A stretch of DNA of 37,179 nt. It comes from a virus. The DNA is taken from UHGV virus genome UHGV-0294517, one strand, 5' to 3'. The position numbers were made by a program, and so were the translations under genes. Shown here one piece after another: positions 26,247-34,225 of the stretch (within the stretch, counting starts at the first letter, position 1; every line of letters begins with the position of its first letter). Below the pieces are notes generated by a model, which saw nothing but the letters and a program-made list of their open reading frames with translations, made no database searches and had not been told where the DNA came from.

Positions 26247-27122
26247 TTAATTTGAGTTCAATAACTGTTCTTCCAGAGAGTCCATGTCGTATCCTCTGCG
26301 CTCAAAGTTATTTAAGTTTCTGCTTACCGGCGGTTTTGATTGTTTTTTCTTCTTTTCCGATCCTTCCGGTTCATTATCAAATTTACCTTCTAAAATCTTT
26401 TTTAAATTCTGCTCTTTTATGATCCAGTTAAAATTCGCATTGAATTTATAATCCCCTTTACTTTCTTTGCCTTTCAGGAATTTGCTGTTCTCCGCTTTTA
26501 TAAATGCGGTTCTGATCTGGCTAAAGCTGAATTTCTTACAGGCTGCATCAATATCTTCCTTCCTGCTATCGGAAATCCGCTCGACTCTATCAAAACTCTT
26601 ACAGATATCATTAAATGTGTCGGCGATCAGCTGATAGCTTATTTTGCTATCAGTCTTATCTCTTACTCTATCTCTATTATCTAACTCTATATCTATATCT
26701 GTGTTACACTTCTGTACATTGTTGTTACACTCTGTTACATTCGTGTTACATTGTAACGCCTTATTTTTTCTTGATGCCCTAACACGCTCCGCTGATTCCG
26801 ATTCCGAGCAGATTAAAGACTGTGTTTCCGTCATTAAAAATTCTGTTTCGGAACAGGGCTCAATAAGTCCTTGAGACAGTAGGTATTGTACAGTTACTTT
26901 CACATTGTCTGGATCTTCGTCTATTGTCAGGGCAATTTCTTCCGGAAAATTCTCTTCAATCCCCTCAAAAAACAGCTTTCCACCATTGTTTAAACTCAGT
27001 AGCTGCATTTTTAAATAGATAATGGTATATGTATCACCACCAGCAATTTTCCGTAACTTTTTAATTTTGGGCTGTGTAAAAAAATCTTTCTGTAGCTTAA
27101 GCCAGTAGTATCGTTTTGACAT
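26247..27122 (-). CDS. phage replisome organizer / replication initiator (N-terminal phage_rep_org_N-like domain)
   Basis: N-terminal MSKRYYWLKLQKDFFTQPKIKKLRK..GGDTYTIIYLKMQLLSL is typical of replisome organizer N-domains. The central low-complexity linker is encoded by iteron DNA. Confidence 0.8.
   Translation of the reverse strand: MSKRYYWLKLQKDFFTQPKIKKLRKIAGGDTYTIIYLKMQLLSLNNGGKLFFEGIEENFPEEIALTIDEDPDNVKVTVQYLLSQGLIEPCSETEFLMTETQSLICSESESAERVRASRKNKALQCNTNVTECNNNVQKCNTDIDIELDNRDRVRDKTDSKISYQLIADTFNDICKSFDRVERISDSRKEDIDAACKKFSFSQIRTAFIKAENSKFLKGKESKGDYKFNANFNWIIKEQNLKKILEGKFDNEPEGSEKKKKQSKPPVSRNLNNFERRGYDMDSLEEQLLNSN
26671..26760. repeat. candidate origin of replication: AT-rich TATATCTATATCT stretch plus 4-5 direct iterons TGTTACA(Y)T at ~10-11-bp spacing and one inverted copy (TGTAAC)
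   Basis: Read directly. TGTTACA at 26703, 26724, 26734, 26745; variant TGTACAT at 26713; inverted TGTAAC at 26753. Lies inside the replisome-organizer ORF, as in many lambdoid/Firmicutes phages. Confidence 0.55.
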
Positions 27123-27126
27123 TAAA

Positions 27127-27489
27127 TCACAGCCTTTCTGTATCTATCTGCATTCCAGATTGGTATTCGCGGTATATTTGCATCCAATCATCCAGTTCCA
27201 TCGTAACAAGGATTTTATGATTGTTTTTCTTATGGAATACAGCGGGAAGATTTCCTGTTCTATTCGCTGCGGCATCTCTCTTTGCTTGATCCATCCAGTC
27301 ATAAAGTCGCATCTGCTCTTGATGTTTCGCTTCCACATGAATTAAGGGGAGACCAACTACGTCTGAAGCATCACCTGTATTTCCACAGTATTGCGCTGTT
27401 CTGTGTGCTTCTTTATATCCATAATCACGGAAGATACCAGCTAATTCCCGTTCAAATCTTGCGCCTTTCTTTTTACTATTTACTGCCAT
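27127..27489 (-). CDS. Holliday junction resolvase, Hjc-like PD-(D/E)xK nuclease
   Basis: GARFERELAGIFRDYGY ... GDASDVVGL ... IHVEAKH matches the Hjc-type motifs (FEREL, D-hydrophobic, E-x-K). Start at M13 of the track ORF. Confidence 0.7.
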   Translation of the reverse strand: MAVNSKKKGARFERELAGIFRDYGYKEAHRTAQYCGNTGDASDVVGLPLIHVEAKHQEQMRLYDWMDQAKRDAAANRTGNLPAVFHKKNNHKILVTMELDDWMQIYREYQSGMQIDTERL

Positions 27490-27589
27490 TCCATTTCCTT
27501 TCTTTGTAGTGCAGGCAAGGTTCATCCTTTTCCTTGCCTTTGCACTCCCAAAATCTCTCGCAATGTATGCATTCTCTTGTTTTCTTCAT
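27476..27589 (-). CDS. small Cys-rich ORF (37 aa; CIHC...C...C) overlapping the resolvase start
   Basis: Hand translation. Weak RBS. Speculative. Confidence 0.25.
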   Translation of the reverse strand: MKKTRECIHCERFWECKGKEKDEPCLHYKERKWNGSK

Positions 27590-27598
27590 GTGATCGCC

Positions 27599-28009
27599 CT
27601 ACATGAACGGAAGTTCTTCATCAATTCCATCCGGAACGTTTTGGAATCCGTCAGAATCCGGCTGTCCATATTGCGGAGCAGACTGTCCGCTGCTTCCCTT
27701 GCTTTCGCAGAACTCAAAACTATTCACGATCAACTGCATCCCGTAATGCCTCACGCCGTCTCTTTCATAGTTGTTGTTTCTCATTTCTCCTTCGATCAGC
27801 AACTTTGTCCCTTTCCCCACATTGCATTTTTCAAATGTTTCCGCAATCTTTCCGAATGCTACACACTGGAAAAAGTCAGCTTCTGAATCTCCGTCTCTCT
27901 TAAATCTGCGGTTTACGGCAAAGTTGAACCTTGACACCACTTTCCCGTCATTTGTGCATTTCATTTCCGCATCTGCTGTCAGTCTTCCGCATAAAATAAT
28001 TTTATTCAT
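27599..28009 (-). CDS. ssb: single-stranded DNA-binding protein
   Basis: OB-fold N-terminus (MNKIILCGRLTADAEMK...). Gly/Gln-rich linker. Acidic C-terminal tail DEELPF. Confidence 0.9.
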   Translation of the reverse strand: MNKIILCGRLTADAEMKCTNDGKVVSRFNFAVNRRFKRDGDSEADFFQCVAFGKIAETFEKCNVGKGTKLLIEGEMRNNNYERDGVRHYGMQLIVNSFEFCESKGSSGQSAPQYGQPDSDGFQNVPDGIDEELPFM

Positions 28010-28022
28010 ATCAATTCACCTC

Positions 28023-28868
28023 TTAATTTCCAAACAACGCCGCTGCTGCGCTCTGTCCTCTTTCGGAAGATTCAGTTTTTTCTTCCTGCGACTGTTCCAT
28101 GTCAATAATCTCCGCATCGCTATCGTTATCGACGTATGTTTTTGTTCCGTCATCGTTTATCACTGCCATATCTGCATCCATTGCCGACATCATATCGATA
28201 GACATGATTCCCCATTTAGAGATCAACTGGCGCAGCATAGTTTTATACGCCATTCCGTCAAAGTCCTTTTCCCAGAACGTGTACCCCTTTTTCGCCTGAT
28301 ATCCTTTTGAATACTTTAATGCATGGGCTTCCATTTTCTTTTTGCTCCAATAGATCGCCTTTTTAAACCCATTCGTATACTCAAACATTGCATAATATCC
28401 GATTGTTTCAGCCTGTTCTCTTGCTTCTTCATCCTCAATCAGATGTACCTCAATCTCTTCATTCAAAGGATCGAAACGGACAAGCTCACCTTCTTTAATC
28501 GCCAGTACATTAAGTTTTTTGTACTGTCCGGAACGGATTGCAAGCTGGATATACCCTTTGTATCCAAGCTGGAACTGCGCCACCTTGCCTTTGTTTCTGT
28601 CATTAAACGGTACGAGGTAATACTGTCCCAACTGCGGAGACGGTGAAAGGTTCAGCGACTCCCCAAGCAGCGCACCGGAAAGGATCGATTGATTCGTGCA
28701 TTCCTGTAATGCTGCATTGTTGTTTACAGCTGATACAATTGCGGAAATAAATCTCTGTCCGCTCTTTCCACCGATCACATTGTTGATCTGGTTTTTAACT
28801 GCTTCCTGTGTTAAATATGCTGCGATTCCTGTGCTTTTTCTTGCTGTTAAGCTATTTCCTACTGCCAT
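28023..28868 (-). CDS. recT: RecT-family single-strand annealing recombinase
   Basis: 281 aa resembling RecT (…AQFQLGYKGYIQLAIRSGQYKKLNV…). Adjacent to SSB and the exonuclease. Confidence 0.85.
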   Translation of the reverse strand: MAVGNSLTARKSTGIAAYLTQEAVKNQINNVIGGKSGQRFISAIVSAVNNNAALQECTNQSILSGALLGESLNLSPSPQLGQYYLVPFNDRNKGKVAQFQLGYKGYIQLAIRSGQYKKLNVLAIKEGELVRFDPLNEEIEVHLIEDEEAREQAETIGYYAMFEYTNGFKKAIYWSKKKMEAHALKYSKGYQAKKGYTFWEKDFDGMAYKTMLRQLISKWGIMSIDMMSAMDADMAVINDDGTKTYVDNDSDAEIIDMEQSQEEKTESSERGQSAAAALFGN

Positions 28869-28887
28869 TTTTTATATCCTCTCTCTC

Positions 28888-29784
28888 TTATAATGGTTTA
28901 AATTCAATATTTCTGCTATCAAAGAATTCCTTCAGTGCAAGTGCATCTGCTGTTGTTAGCAATGCTTTAAATGCAATCCAGACTGGAAATTCTTTCACAC
29001 CTGCCGAAGAAACGACTTCATTTTGTTCTGCAACAGGAGGATTCATGCATTCTTCAAAAGATTTTGCATCTGTAAATCCAATCTGTCCGGGAAGATCATC
29101 TTCTTTCTTCTGGGACTCTGCTGCCTTTTTCGCTTCCTTCTCTGCTTTCAATCTTGCCTGCTCTGCTTCATGTTCTGCTTTTTTCTTCTGGATTTCTGCA
29201 AGTCGCTGTCCTTCGCTTAACGCCCTGTTGATATCCAGAGTTGATTTATAGACTTCTAATGCTTCAAAGCCAAATTCCGGTAATTTCGAAAGCGTATCCA
29301 CATCTTTCTCCACGCTTGTAATAAATGCGTTCATAACATCTTCGATGAACCTCATGGATGTTGTTTTGTTTAACCATCTACTGTCAAAAATACGTTCCAA
29401 AGAAATTTCAAACGGTGTCGATTTACTGTTCCAAAGTTCCTCGATTTGCTTCCGTTTTTCCTGCTTCTCGTACTCTTCAAATTCCTTAATTTGCTTGTCG
29501 ATAAGGTTAATAGGATCATTAATAAGCTTAATTAAGGCGTTAATTTGAGTCTTAAATTCGTTAAATGGCTCTAAATAAGCCTTTTCCAGTCTTATTCTTT
29601 CGTCGTTTAAGGCTTTTTTCAGCTTATTTAAGCTTGCTTTATCTGATTTAGCATCCTTAATTTGCTCTCCGGTGTACACTAAATTACTGTGGTCTTCTAC
29701 TATTTTTTGTATTTCTGACCTTAATTCTTCATAATTAAATGTAATTTTCTCCGGCATTTTCACTTCATTGACTCTTAATTCCAT
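28888..29784 (-). CDS. coiled-coil phage protein of unknown function (possibly DUF1351-like) between recT and the exonuclease gene
   Basis: 298 aa, K/E-rich helical. Family assignment is recall only. Confidence 0.55.
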   Translation of the reverse strand: MELRVNEVKMPEKITFNYEELRSEIQKIVEDHSNLVYTGEQIKDAKSDKASLNKLKKALNDERIRLEKAYLEPFNEFKTQINALIKLINDPINLIDKQIKEFEEYEKQEKRKQIEELWNSKSTPFEISLERIFDSRWLNKTTSMRFIEDVMNAFITSVEKDVDTLSKLPEFGFEALEVYKSTLDINRALSEGQRLAEIQKKKAEHEAEQARLKAEKEAKKAAESQKKEDDLPGQIGFTDAKSFEECMNPPVAEQNEVVSSAGVKEFPVWIAFKALLTTADALALKEFFDSRNIEFKPL

Positions 29785-29797
29785 GTTTTTCTCTCCT

Positions 29798-30457
29798 TTA
29801 TCTTCTTATTACATCCGGAAGGATAAGCGGCGGGCATTCATCTCGCTCCACGTATCCCCAGAATCGTTTTCCTTCTTTCATCAGGTATTCCATGTCTTCT
29901 TTCACATCTTTTCGTTCAAAATGGTAATGTTTCGTTTGAACGAATACCTCACCAGCATATTCACTTTTTAGCTGCGCTTTTAACTCGCAAAAATCAGCCT
30001 CAAGAACTGCCATATATAGCAAGCACTGGCAATAATAATGATCTGGGATCTGGCGATTCCATCTCTTTCTCATATTTCCATTTAAAATGTTCGTTGTCTT
30101 ACATTCCCAGATTCCAAGTCTCCCATCTCCATCAAAAAGCCAACCATCTACTGAAGCCTGCGCCCAGGGATATTTATCATTGCGAAAACTGTTGTTTTCC
30201 TCATATCTCACTTGGTATTCTGGGAAGTCCAGCCGAAAGAGTTCTCTTAATAATGGCTCTGCCTGTGTACCGTATTTAATATAGGGAAGATTCGAAATGT
30301 CTTTCGCTTCTTTTCTCCCTGTTTTCAACTCCCACAACTCTACATTTGTCATGTATGGATTCTTCCCGATTACAGCGGCAATTTCAGAACCGCCGATTCC
30401 ATTTTTTCTATTTTTAAGCCATTCTTCATGGTTGCTAAGTATTGTTTTTGTAATCAT
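29798..30457 (-). CDS. YqaJ-like viral recombinase-domain exonuclease (lambda Exo-like PD-(D/E)xK)
   Basis: IGGSEIAAVIGKNPYMTNVELWELKTG... and WECKTT motifs. Start at M86 of the track ORF (GAGGAAAAG RBS). The upstream 85 codons are Arg-rich read-through overlapping another gene. Confidence 0.8.
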   Translation of the reverse strand: MITKTILSNHEEWLKNRKNGIGGSEIAAVIGKNPYMTNVELWELKTGRKEAKDISNLPYIKYGTQAEPLLRELFRLDFPEYQVRYEENNSFRNDKYPWAQASVDGWLFDGDGRLGIWECKTTNILNGNMRKRWNRQIPDHYYCQCLLYMAVLEADFCELKAQLKSEYAGEVFVQTKHYHFERKDVKEDMEYLMKEGKRFWGYVERDECPPLILPDVIRR

Positions 30458-30546
30458 TTGACTTTTCCTCAAATTTTCTCTATACTTTAACTGATTTATT
30501 TTTTCCTGAGTGCTCGAGGGTTGCCGCCCTGTGACAGCACTCTTTT

Positions 30547-30735
30547 TTAATACCCAAACACCAGGTACCACGCCAGTAGCACCAAGATAAACCCGATCAC
30601 TGCCACTCCAGCTCTGATCCAGTAAGGCTTGTCCTTTTCTTCTGGCAGCTCTACGGAGACTGACCGGATATCCCAACTGTTTAAAGCGTTGGGCTGTTGA
30701 GTAGTCTGGCAATGATAAGTTCCTTTAATTTCCAT
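30547..30735 (-). CDS. small membrane protein (62 aa, C-terminal TM helix)
   Basis: Strong TAAAGGAGGAAGAAC-ATG RBS. Hydrophobic AGVAVIGFILVLLAWYLVFGY. Confidence 0.55.
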   Translation of the reverse strand: MEIKGTYHCQTTQQPNALNSWDIRSVSVELPEEKDKPYWIRAGVAVIGFILVLLAWYLVFGY

Positions 30736-30910
30736 GTTCTTCCTCCTTTAATTTCACGGATTTTCTTCCTTGATACTCCAGTTCCCTGCAGTAATTGTTT
30801 AAACAGGCGATTGCGTGCAACTTTTGCTCCTCAGAATACCAACCAAACCTTTCTGTGGATTCCAGTGTCTGGATAAATTTCTCGATCTTGTTTACTGTTA
30901 GCCTTTTCAT
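30725..30910 (-). CDS. hypothetical protein (61 aa)
   Basis: GGGAGGACAAGCT-ATG RBS. Confidence 0.5.
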   Translation of the reverse strand: MKRLTVNKIEKFIQTLESTERFGWYSEEQKLHAIACLNNYCRELEYQGRKSVKLKEEEHGN

Positions 30911-30932
30911 AGCTTGTCCTCCCTTCTACCGC

Positions 30933-31046
30933 CTAGGCGGTTTCCTCTTCTGTCCTCTTTTCGAGTGTGTAATCAATTTTCACATGTTCCTGTTCTTCGA
31001 TAAGAGATATCAACACTTGTATGATTTTTTCCATATCTGGCTTCAT
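30933..31046 (-). CDS. small ORF (37 aa); its stop codon lies in the centre of the palindrome CCGCCTAGGCGG
   Basis: GTAGAGAGGTGATTTT-ATG RBS. Hand-translated. Confidence 0.3.
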   Translation of the reverse strand: MKPDMEKIIQVLISLIEEQEHVKIDYTLEKRTEEETA

Positions 31047-31098
31047 AAAATCACCTCTCTACTATGTATGCTGGATGGATTGTCCGAGATATGTTGTC

Positions 31099-31257
31099 CT
31101 AGTTATTCTCTTTTTCATCTACTGCATCCATGTCAGATCTCGCCTTTAAAATATCTATACTATTTTTAGCGAGCATAAATCCCTGCGGATCATTTTCTGC
31201 CAGATGCTTTGCCTTTCTTACCATTTCTGCAATTTCTTTTTTATCTTTATCGCTCAT
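31099..31257 (-). CDS. small ORF (52 aa)
   Basis: AAGGAGGTACGC-ATG RBS. Not in the track. Confidence 0.4.
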   Translation of the reverse strand: MSDKDKKEIAEMVRKAKHLAENDPQGFMLAKNSIDILKARSDMDAVDEKENN

Positions 31258-31267
31258 GCGTACCTCC

Positions 31268-31981
31268 TTATGCTGCGTTTAAAAACTTATTTACAAAATA
31301 CTGTTGCCCTTTACCTGTCACTTTTGGCGTGCGGTTAATCTTATTGCACCCGTTTCCATCGATATGTACGGATTCTTTAATCTCAAACAATCCCATGTCC
31401 ATGCTTCTCTGTGTTGGTAAGTTCCAGTCTGTTCCTTTTCTCTTAATCAGATATCCGTTTTCACGCATCCAACCAAACAATCTCTGCGCTCCAATATTTA
31501 CACCATTCTGACGCAAGATTTTAGCCAAATCGCCGACAAGAATAGAAGTGTTAGCTGTTGTAATAGCCTGTCCAAGCACTGCGTGCGGCTTCATTTCCTC
31601 AATCTGTGCTGTCTGCTCTTCAATGGTCTTCTGCGCTTCCAGAACTGCCAGTGCAAGAAGTTCTTTACCCTGCGGAACGTGCTCTTTGATGATATTTTCC
31701 ATCTCATGAAACCGTTTGATGTATTTTGCTGTGAACTCCGTCCCTTTGACTCCTGTGAGTTTGTGGGCGATAAATTCGCAGCCCTCTTTTGTGATTAAAT
31801 AGCACGGGTATTCTTTTCCGCGACGCTTATATGTAGATTCACGGAAGAAATCTGACGGCTCAAAATTGAGCTGTGAAAATTCTTCTAAATACCCTCTTAT
31901 GTCTCTGATGATGTTCTTGTGTTCCTTTCCAACCATTTCAGCCACTTCTCGGCTATCTAATTTTTGCTGCAATTTGTTCAA
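31268..31981 (-). CDS. phage antirepressor: Rha-type N-terminal regulatory domain plus C-terminal KilAC/Ant domain
   Basis: N-terminal SREVAEMVGKEHKNIIRDIRG (Rha-like). C-terminal AVLGQAITTANTSILVGDLAKILRQNGVNIGAQRLFGWMRENGYL (KilAC-like). Confidence 0.8.
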   Translation of the reverse strand: MNKLQQKLDSREVAEMVGKEHKNIIRDIRGYLEEFSQLNFEPSDFFRESTYKRRGKEYPCYLITKEGCEFIAHKLTGVKGTEFTAKYIKRFHEMENIIKEHVPQGKELLALAVLEAQKTIEEQTAQIEEMKPHAVLGQAITTANTSILVGDLAKILRQNGVNIGAQRLFGWMRENGYLIKRKGTDWNLPTQRSMDMGLFEIKESVHIDGNGCNKINRTPKVTGKGQQYFVNKFLNAA

Positions 31982-32051
31982 TACCTTTTACCTCCTATTC
32001 TTTCATTGCCGTCGTAACCTCCGTGGCGGGATTGTTTTATTTGTTGCAACA

Positions 32052-32060
32052 TGGTAAAAT
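32052..32060 (+). promoter_or_regulatory. extended -10 promoter element TGgTAAAAT for the opposite-strand accessory operon
   Basis: TG at 32052-53 and TAAAAT at 32055-60, about 26 nt upstream of ATG 32087. Weak -35 (TTGTTT at 32032-37). AGGAGG at 32069-74. Confidence 0.4.
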
Positions 32061-32086
32061 CCATTTAAAGGAGGTTTACCATAATT

Positions 32087-32473
32087 ATGTTTTGGACTAC
32101 TTTTAGTCGAATATGCGACATCCTAGGATTTATAAGCTTTTTCTTATCTATCGGTATTCTGAAAAAAGTTTACGCAAAAGCCGAAAGTCAGAGAGAATCT
32201 TACAAAAATGAACGAGAAGAGTTGCTCTATGCCCTCATTGCGTTGCGGCAAAACATTTGGGACGACGGATTGTTTACATTAAGCATCCAAGATAAATTGC
32301 AGAGCAAAATATACGAATTTCAAATAAAATACTCGTTAATATCTTCGATTCGTTGTTCATTCCATTTATATAGATGTTTGCATCTTCTGAAATCCGAAAT
32401 AACCGAGTCTAGCAAAAGAAAAATACGGCAAGATCTCAACTTTTTAATAGCACGCTTAAATAAAAAGGAGTAA
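32087..32473 (+). CDS. accessory gene A: small protein with an N-terminal TM helix (128 aa), unknown family
   Basis: AGGAGG RBS. Hydrophobic ICDILGFISFFLSIGIL. Noticeably AT-rich codon usage. Opposite strand to the surrounding phage genes. Confidence 0.65.
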   Translation: MFWTTFSRICDILGFISFFLSIGILKKVYAKAESQRESYKNEREELLYALIALRQNIWDDGLFTLSIQDKLQSKIYEFQIKYSLISSIRCSFHLYRCLHLLKSEITESSKRKIRQDLNFLIARLNKKE

Positions 32474-32477
32474 ACAA

Positions 32478-32906
32478 ATGGAAAGAGAAAAAATATCTAC
32501 ATTTATCGAAAAAGTTTTCGAGAAAACACATTCAGAACAACTTTATTGGTCTGTAATCGACAAAAAGGATAATCTGTACAAGCCAACTTCGATTGAAGAA
32601 AATTGTCCGTTTTATTCTTCTAACGACTTTCACGAATTAGATAATCGTTACAGCTATTTTTCCAAATATAAAAATGGTTACATTCTGCTACTCGCTTATC
32701 GCGATAATAAAAATATTCCTTGTCCTATTCCGCCAGATAAATGCCTATTTTCTTTACGCATGCAGGATGATAGCAGTCGTTTCTCCACCGAAATTACAAA
32801 CAGCTCTATCACTGATGATCACATTCAATTAACTCGCTTATTCAATCTTGTCGAAGAGAAATCAAACCGAGTTAAATTTTTGATTAACGACTTCCTCAAT
32901 AGTTGA
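32478..32906 (+). CDS. accessory gene B: soluble protein (142 aa), unknown family
   Basis: AAAAGGAG RBS 5-9 nt upstream. 4-nt gap after gene A (same operon). AT-rich. Followed by a strong terminator. Confidence 0.65.
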   Translation: MEREKISTFIEKVFEKTHSEQLYWSVIDKKDNLYKPTSIEENCPFYSSNDFHELDNRYSYFSKYKNGYILLLAYRDNKNIPCPIPPDKCLFSLRMQDDSSRFSTEITNSSITDDHIQLTRLFNLVEEKSNRVKFLINDFLNS

Positions 32907-33359
32907 TATTCCGTCATTCTTTATCGTGCCAACCTCTTTATCTTTGAGGTTGGCAATTTTGCTTTCCGCATCTTTCAACACAATAAGTTCCAATCTCTTC
33001 ACTCTTCTTTCAAGCTCATCTCTCTGCCTTATTTGAGATTCCCAATACCATCGTGAAATCCACATATCATTTTCCTCCTTCCTTATATTCTGTCCTCTGC
33101 ATCTTCCGGGCTTGGAACCGGCTTCGGCTGCATTACAGTGCCAGAATGCGTCCGGCGGTTTATCAGAGCTGTTGTCATTTTCTTCAAGCCCAAGATCAAT
33201 CAACATATCATTGAATTGATTGGAAATCTTTAAAATAAATTTTGTTAAAATAATAAGAGATTTCACATTCCCGCGATCTGATATCTTCCTGTGAGCTGAT
33301 AGCAGATTTTTTATAACTGTCTTTCTAATGTAAAATCCAAATTCTTCTTTTGTTTTCAT
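32862..33359 (-). CDS. first gene of the leftward early operon, hypothetical (165 aa), coiled-coil C-terminus
   Basis: Start at the second ATG (GTGAGGAAATGGAA-ATG). Directly downstream of the leftward promoter. Overlaps accessory gene B by 45 nt (convergent). Confidence 0.5.
   Translation of the reverse strand: MKTKEEFGFYIRKTVIKNLLSAHRKISDRGNVKSLIILTKFILKISNQFNDMLIDLGLEENDNSSDKPPDAFWHCNAAEAGSKPGRCRGQNIRKEENDMWISRWYWESQIRQRDELERRVKRLELIVLKDAESKIANLKDKEVGTIKNDGISTIEEVVNQKFNSV
32926..32965 (+). terminator. rho-independent terminator of the accessory operon
   Basis: Perfect 9-bp stem GCCAACCTC/GAGGTTGGC, 9-nt loop, then AATTTTGCTTT. It lies within the 3' coding end of the convergent minus-strand gene. 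Confidence 0.65.
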
Positions 33360-33413
33360 TTCCATTTCCTCACTTTCGGTTTGTTTGTGTTGTTGTTTTG
33401 TTGTTGTACGACT

Positions 33414-33442
33414 ATTGTACGTCGGTTAATCAACTTTGTCAA
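33414..33442 (-). promoter_or_regulatory. leftward early promoter TTGACA-17 bp-TACAAT
   Basis: On the minus strand, TTGACA at 33442-33437 and TACAAT at 33419-33414. Direct repeat TTGTACG x2 (33404-10, 33415-21) overlaps the -10. Confidence 0.55.
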
Positions 33443-33450
33443 TACCTTTT

Positions 33451-33467
33451 TGTTGATTTTTTCAACA
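33451..33467. promoter_or_regulatory. operator candidate: palindrome TGTTGA-n5-TCAACA between the divergent promoters
   Basis: Read directly. Arms at 33451-56 and 33462-67. Confidence 0.4.
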
Positions 33468-33475
33468 TTTTTTAA

Positions 33476-33504
33476 TTGACATTTATCTCTCTGTAGTTTA
33501 TAAT
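33476..33504 (+). promoter_or_regulatory. rightward promoter TTGACA-17 bp-TATAAT for the repressor gene
   Basis: TTGACA at 33476-81, TATAAT at 33499-504. AGGAGG at 33516-21, then ATG 33529. Confidence 0.65.
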
Positions 33505-33528
33505 CTACATTGAATAGGAGGTGTGCCA

Positions 33529-33921
33529 ATGAATGAGCGCATAAAAGAGCTGCGCAAGACAATAGGAATAACGCAGCAAGAACTTGCTGATAAACTTGGA
33601 TTAAAAAGAAATACGATTGCTACATATGAAATAGGAAAAGCAATTCCGAGTGATAGAGTTATTTCTGACTTATGCAATAAATACAGCGTGAACGAAGAAT
33701 GGTTAAGATCCGGAAATGGAGAAATGTTTAAACAGCCATCTGATGAAGTAGGCCACTACGTAGAAGACTTGCTTGAATACGACGGCGTCGGAAATCCTTT
33801 TTACGATATTATTATAGAAATGATGAAGAAATATCAGGAAATGGATGAGAAGTCAAAACTTGTTATAAGAGAGTATTTTAAAAGCGTAGGATCTGGATTG
33901 AATAAAAAAGGGGAAGACTAA
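33529..33921 (+). CDS. XRE-family HTH repressor (candidate lysogeny repressor, 130 aa; no S24 peptidase domain seen)
   Basis: IKELRKTIGITQQELADKLGLKRNTIATYEIGKAIP is a classic XRE HTH. Divergent from the early operon. Textbook promoter and RBS. Confidence 0.75.
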   Translation: MNERIKELRKTIGITQQELADKLGLKRNTIATYEIGKAIPSDRVISDLCNKYSVNEEWLRSGNGEMFKQPSDEVGHYVEDLLEYDGVGNPFYDIIIEMMKKYQEMDEKSKLVIREYFKSVGSGLNKKGED

Positions 33922-34028
33922 AGTCTCCCTCTTCGCTCCAGATACCTATGTAATATCGAAACAAGCTGCCGGATGATTTTATAATCATTGCCGGTAAGCT
34001 TGGATAACAAGATATTTAATTCGTCCAT
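33918..34028 (-). CDS. small ORF (35 aa) antisense-adjacent to the repressor 3' end
   Basis: GGAGGGACTCACG-ATG RBS. Speculative. Confidence 0.25.
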   Translation of the reverse strand: MDELNILLSKLTGNDYKIIRQLVSILHRYLERRGRL

Positions 34029-34225
34029 CGTGAGTCCCTCCTAACTACAAAAACACTTGTTCGAAATCCCTGAACATATAATACTATCTCAGGAGGCAAA
34101 AATCAATATTTTGTTCGAACATTTGTTCTGTTATTTTTTGGTACTTATGTACCTCTCTATTAAGTTAACAATCTAAAATCGGGAAACTTACGCGAAAATG
34201 GACAATCGTCCCAGATCTGGGACAC

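Noticed and set aside
26700-26760. Direct repeats considered as a CRISPR array
   Set aside because: Repeat unit is only 7-9 bp with ~3-bp spacers and lies inside a coding region. This is consistent with replication iterons, not CRISPR.
30458-30712. N-terminal 85-aa extension of the exonuclease ORF, and the similar upstream extensions of the integrase (35548-35757) and TerS (20481-20597) ORFs
   Set aside because: The extensions are Arg-rich or hydrophobic read-through overlapping other genes. Internal ATGs with proper RBS match the conserved N-termini of the respective families.
32926-32954. Hairpin inside the 32862-33359 gene taken as evidence that this minus-strand ORF is spurious
   Set aside because: The ORF has a good start context and sits exactly where the first leftward early gene is expected. 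A convergent overlap with an inserted cassette's terminator is plausible, so the gene was kept with reduced confidence.
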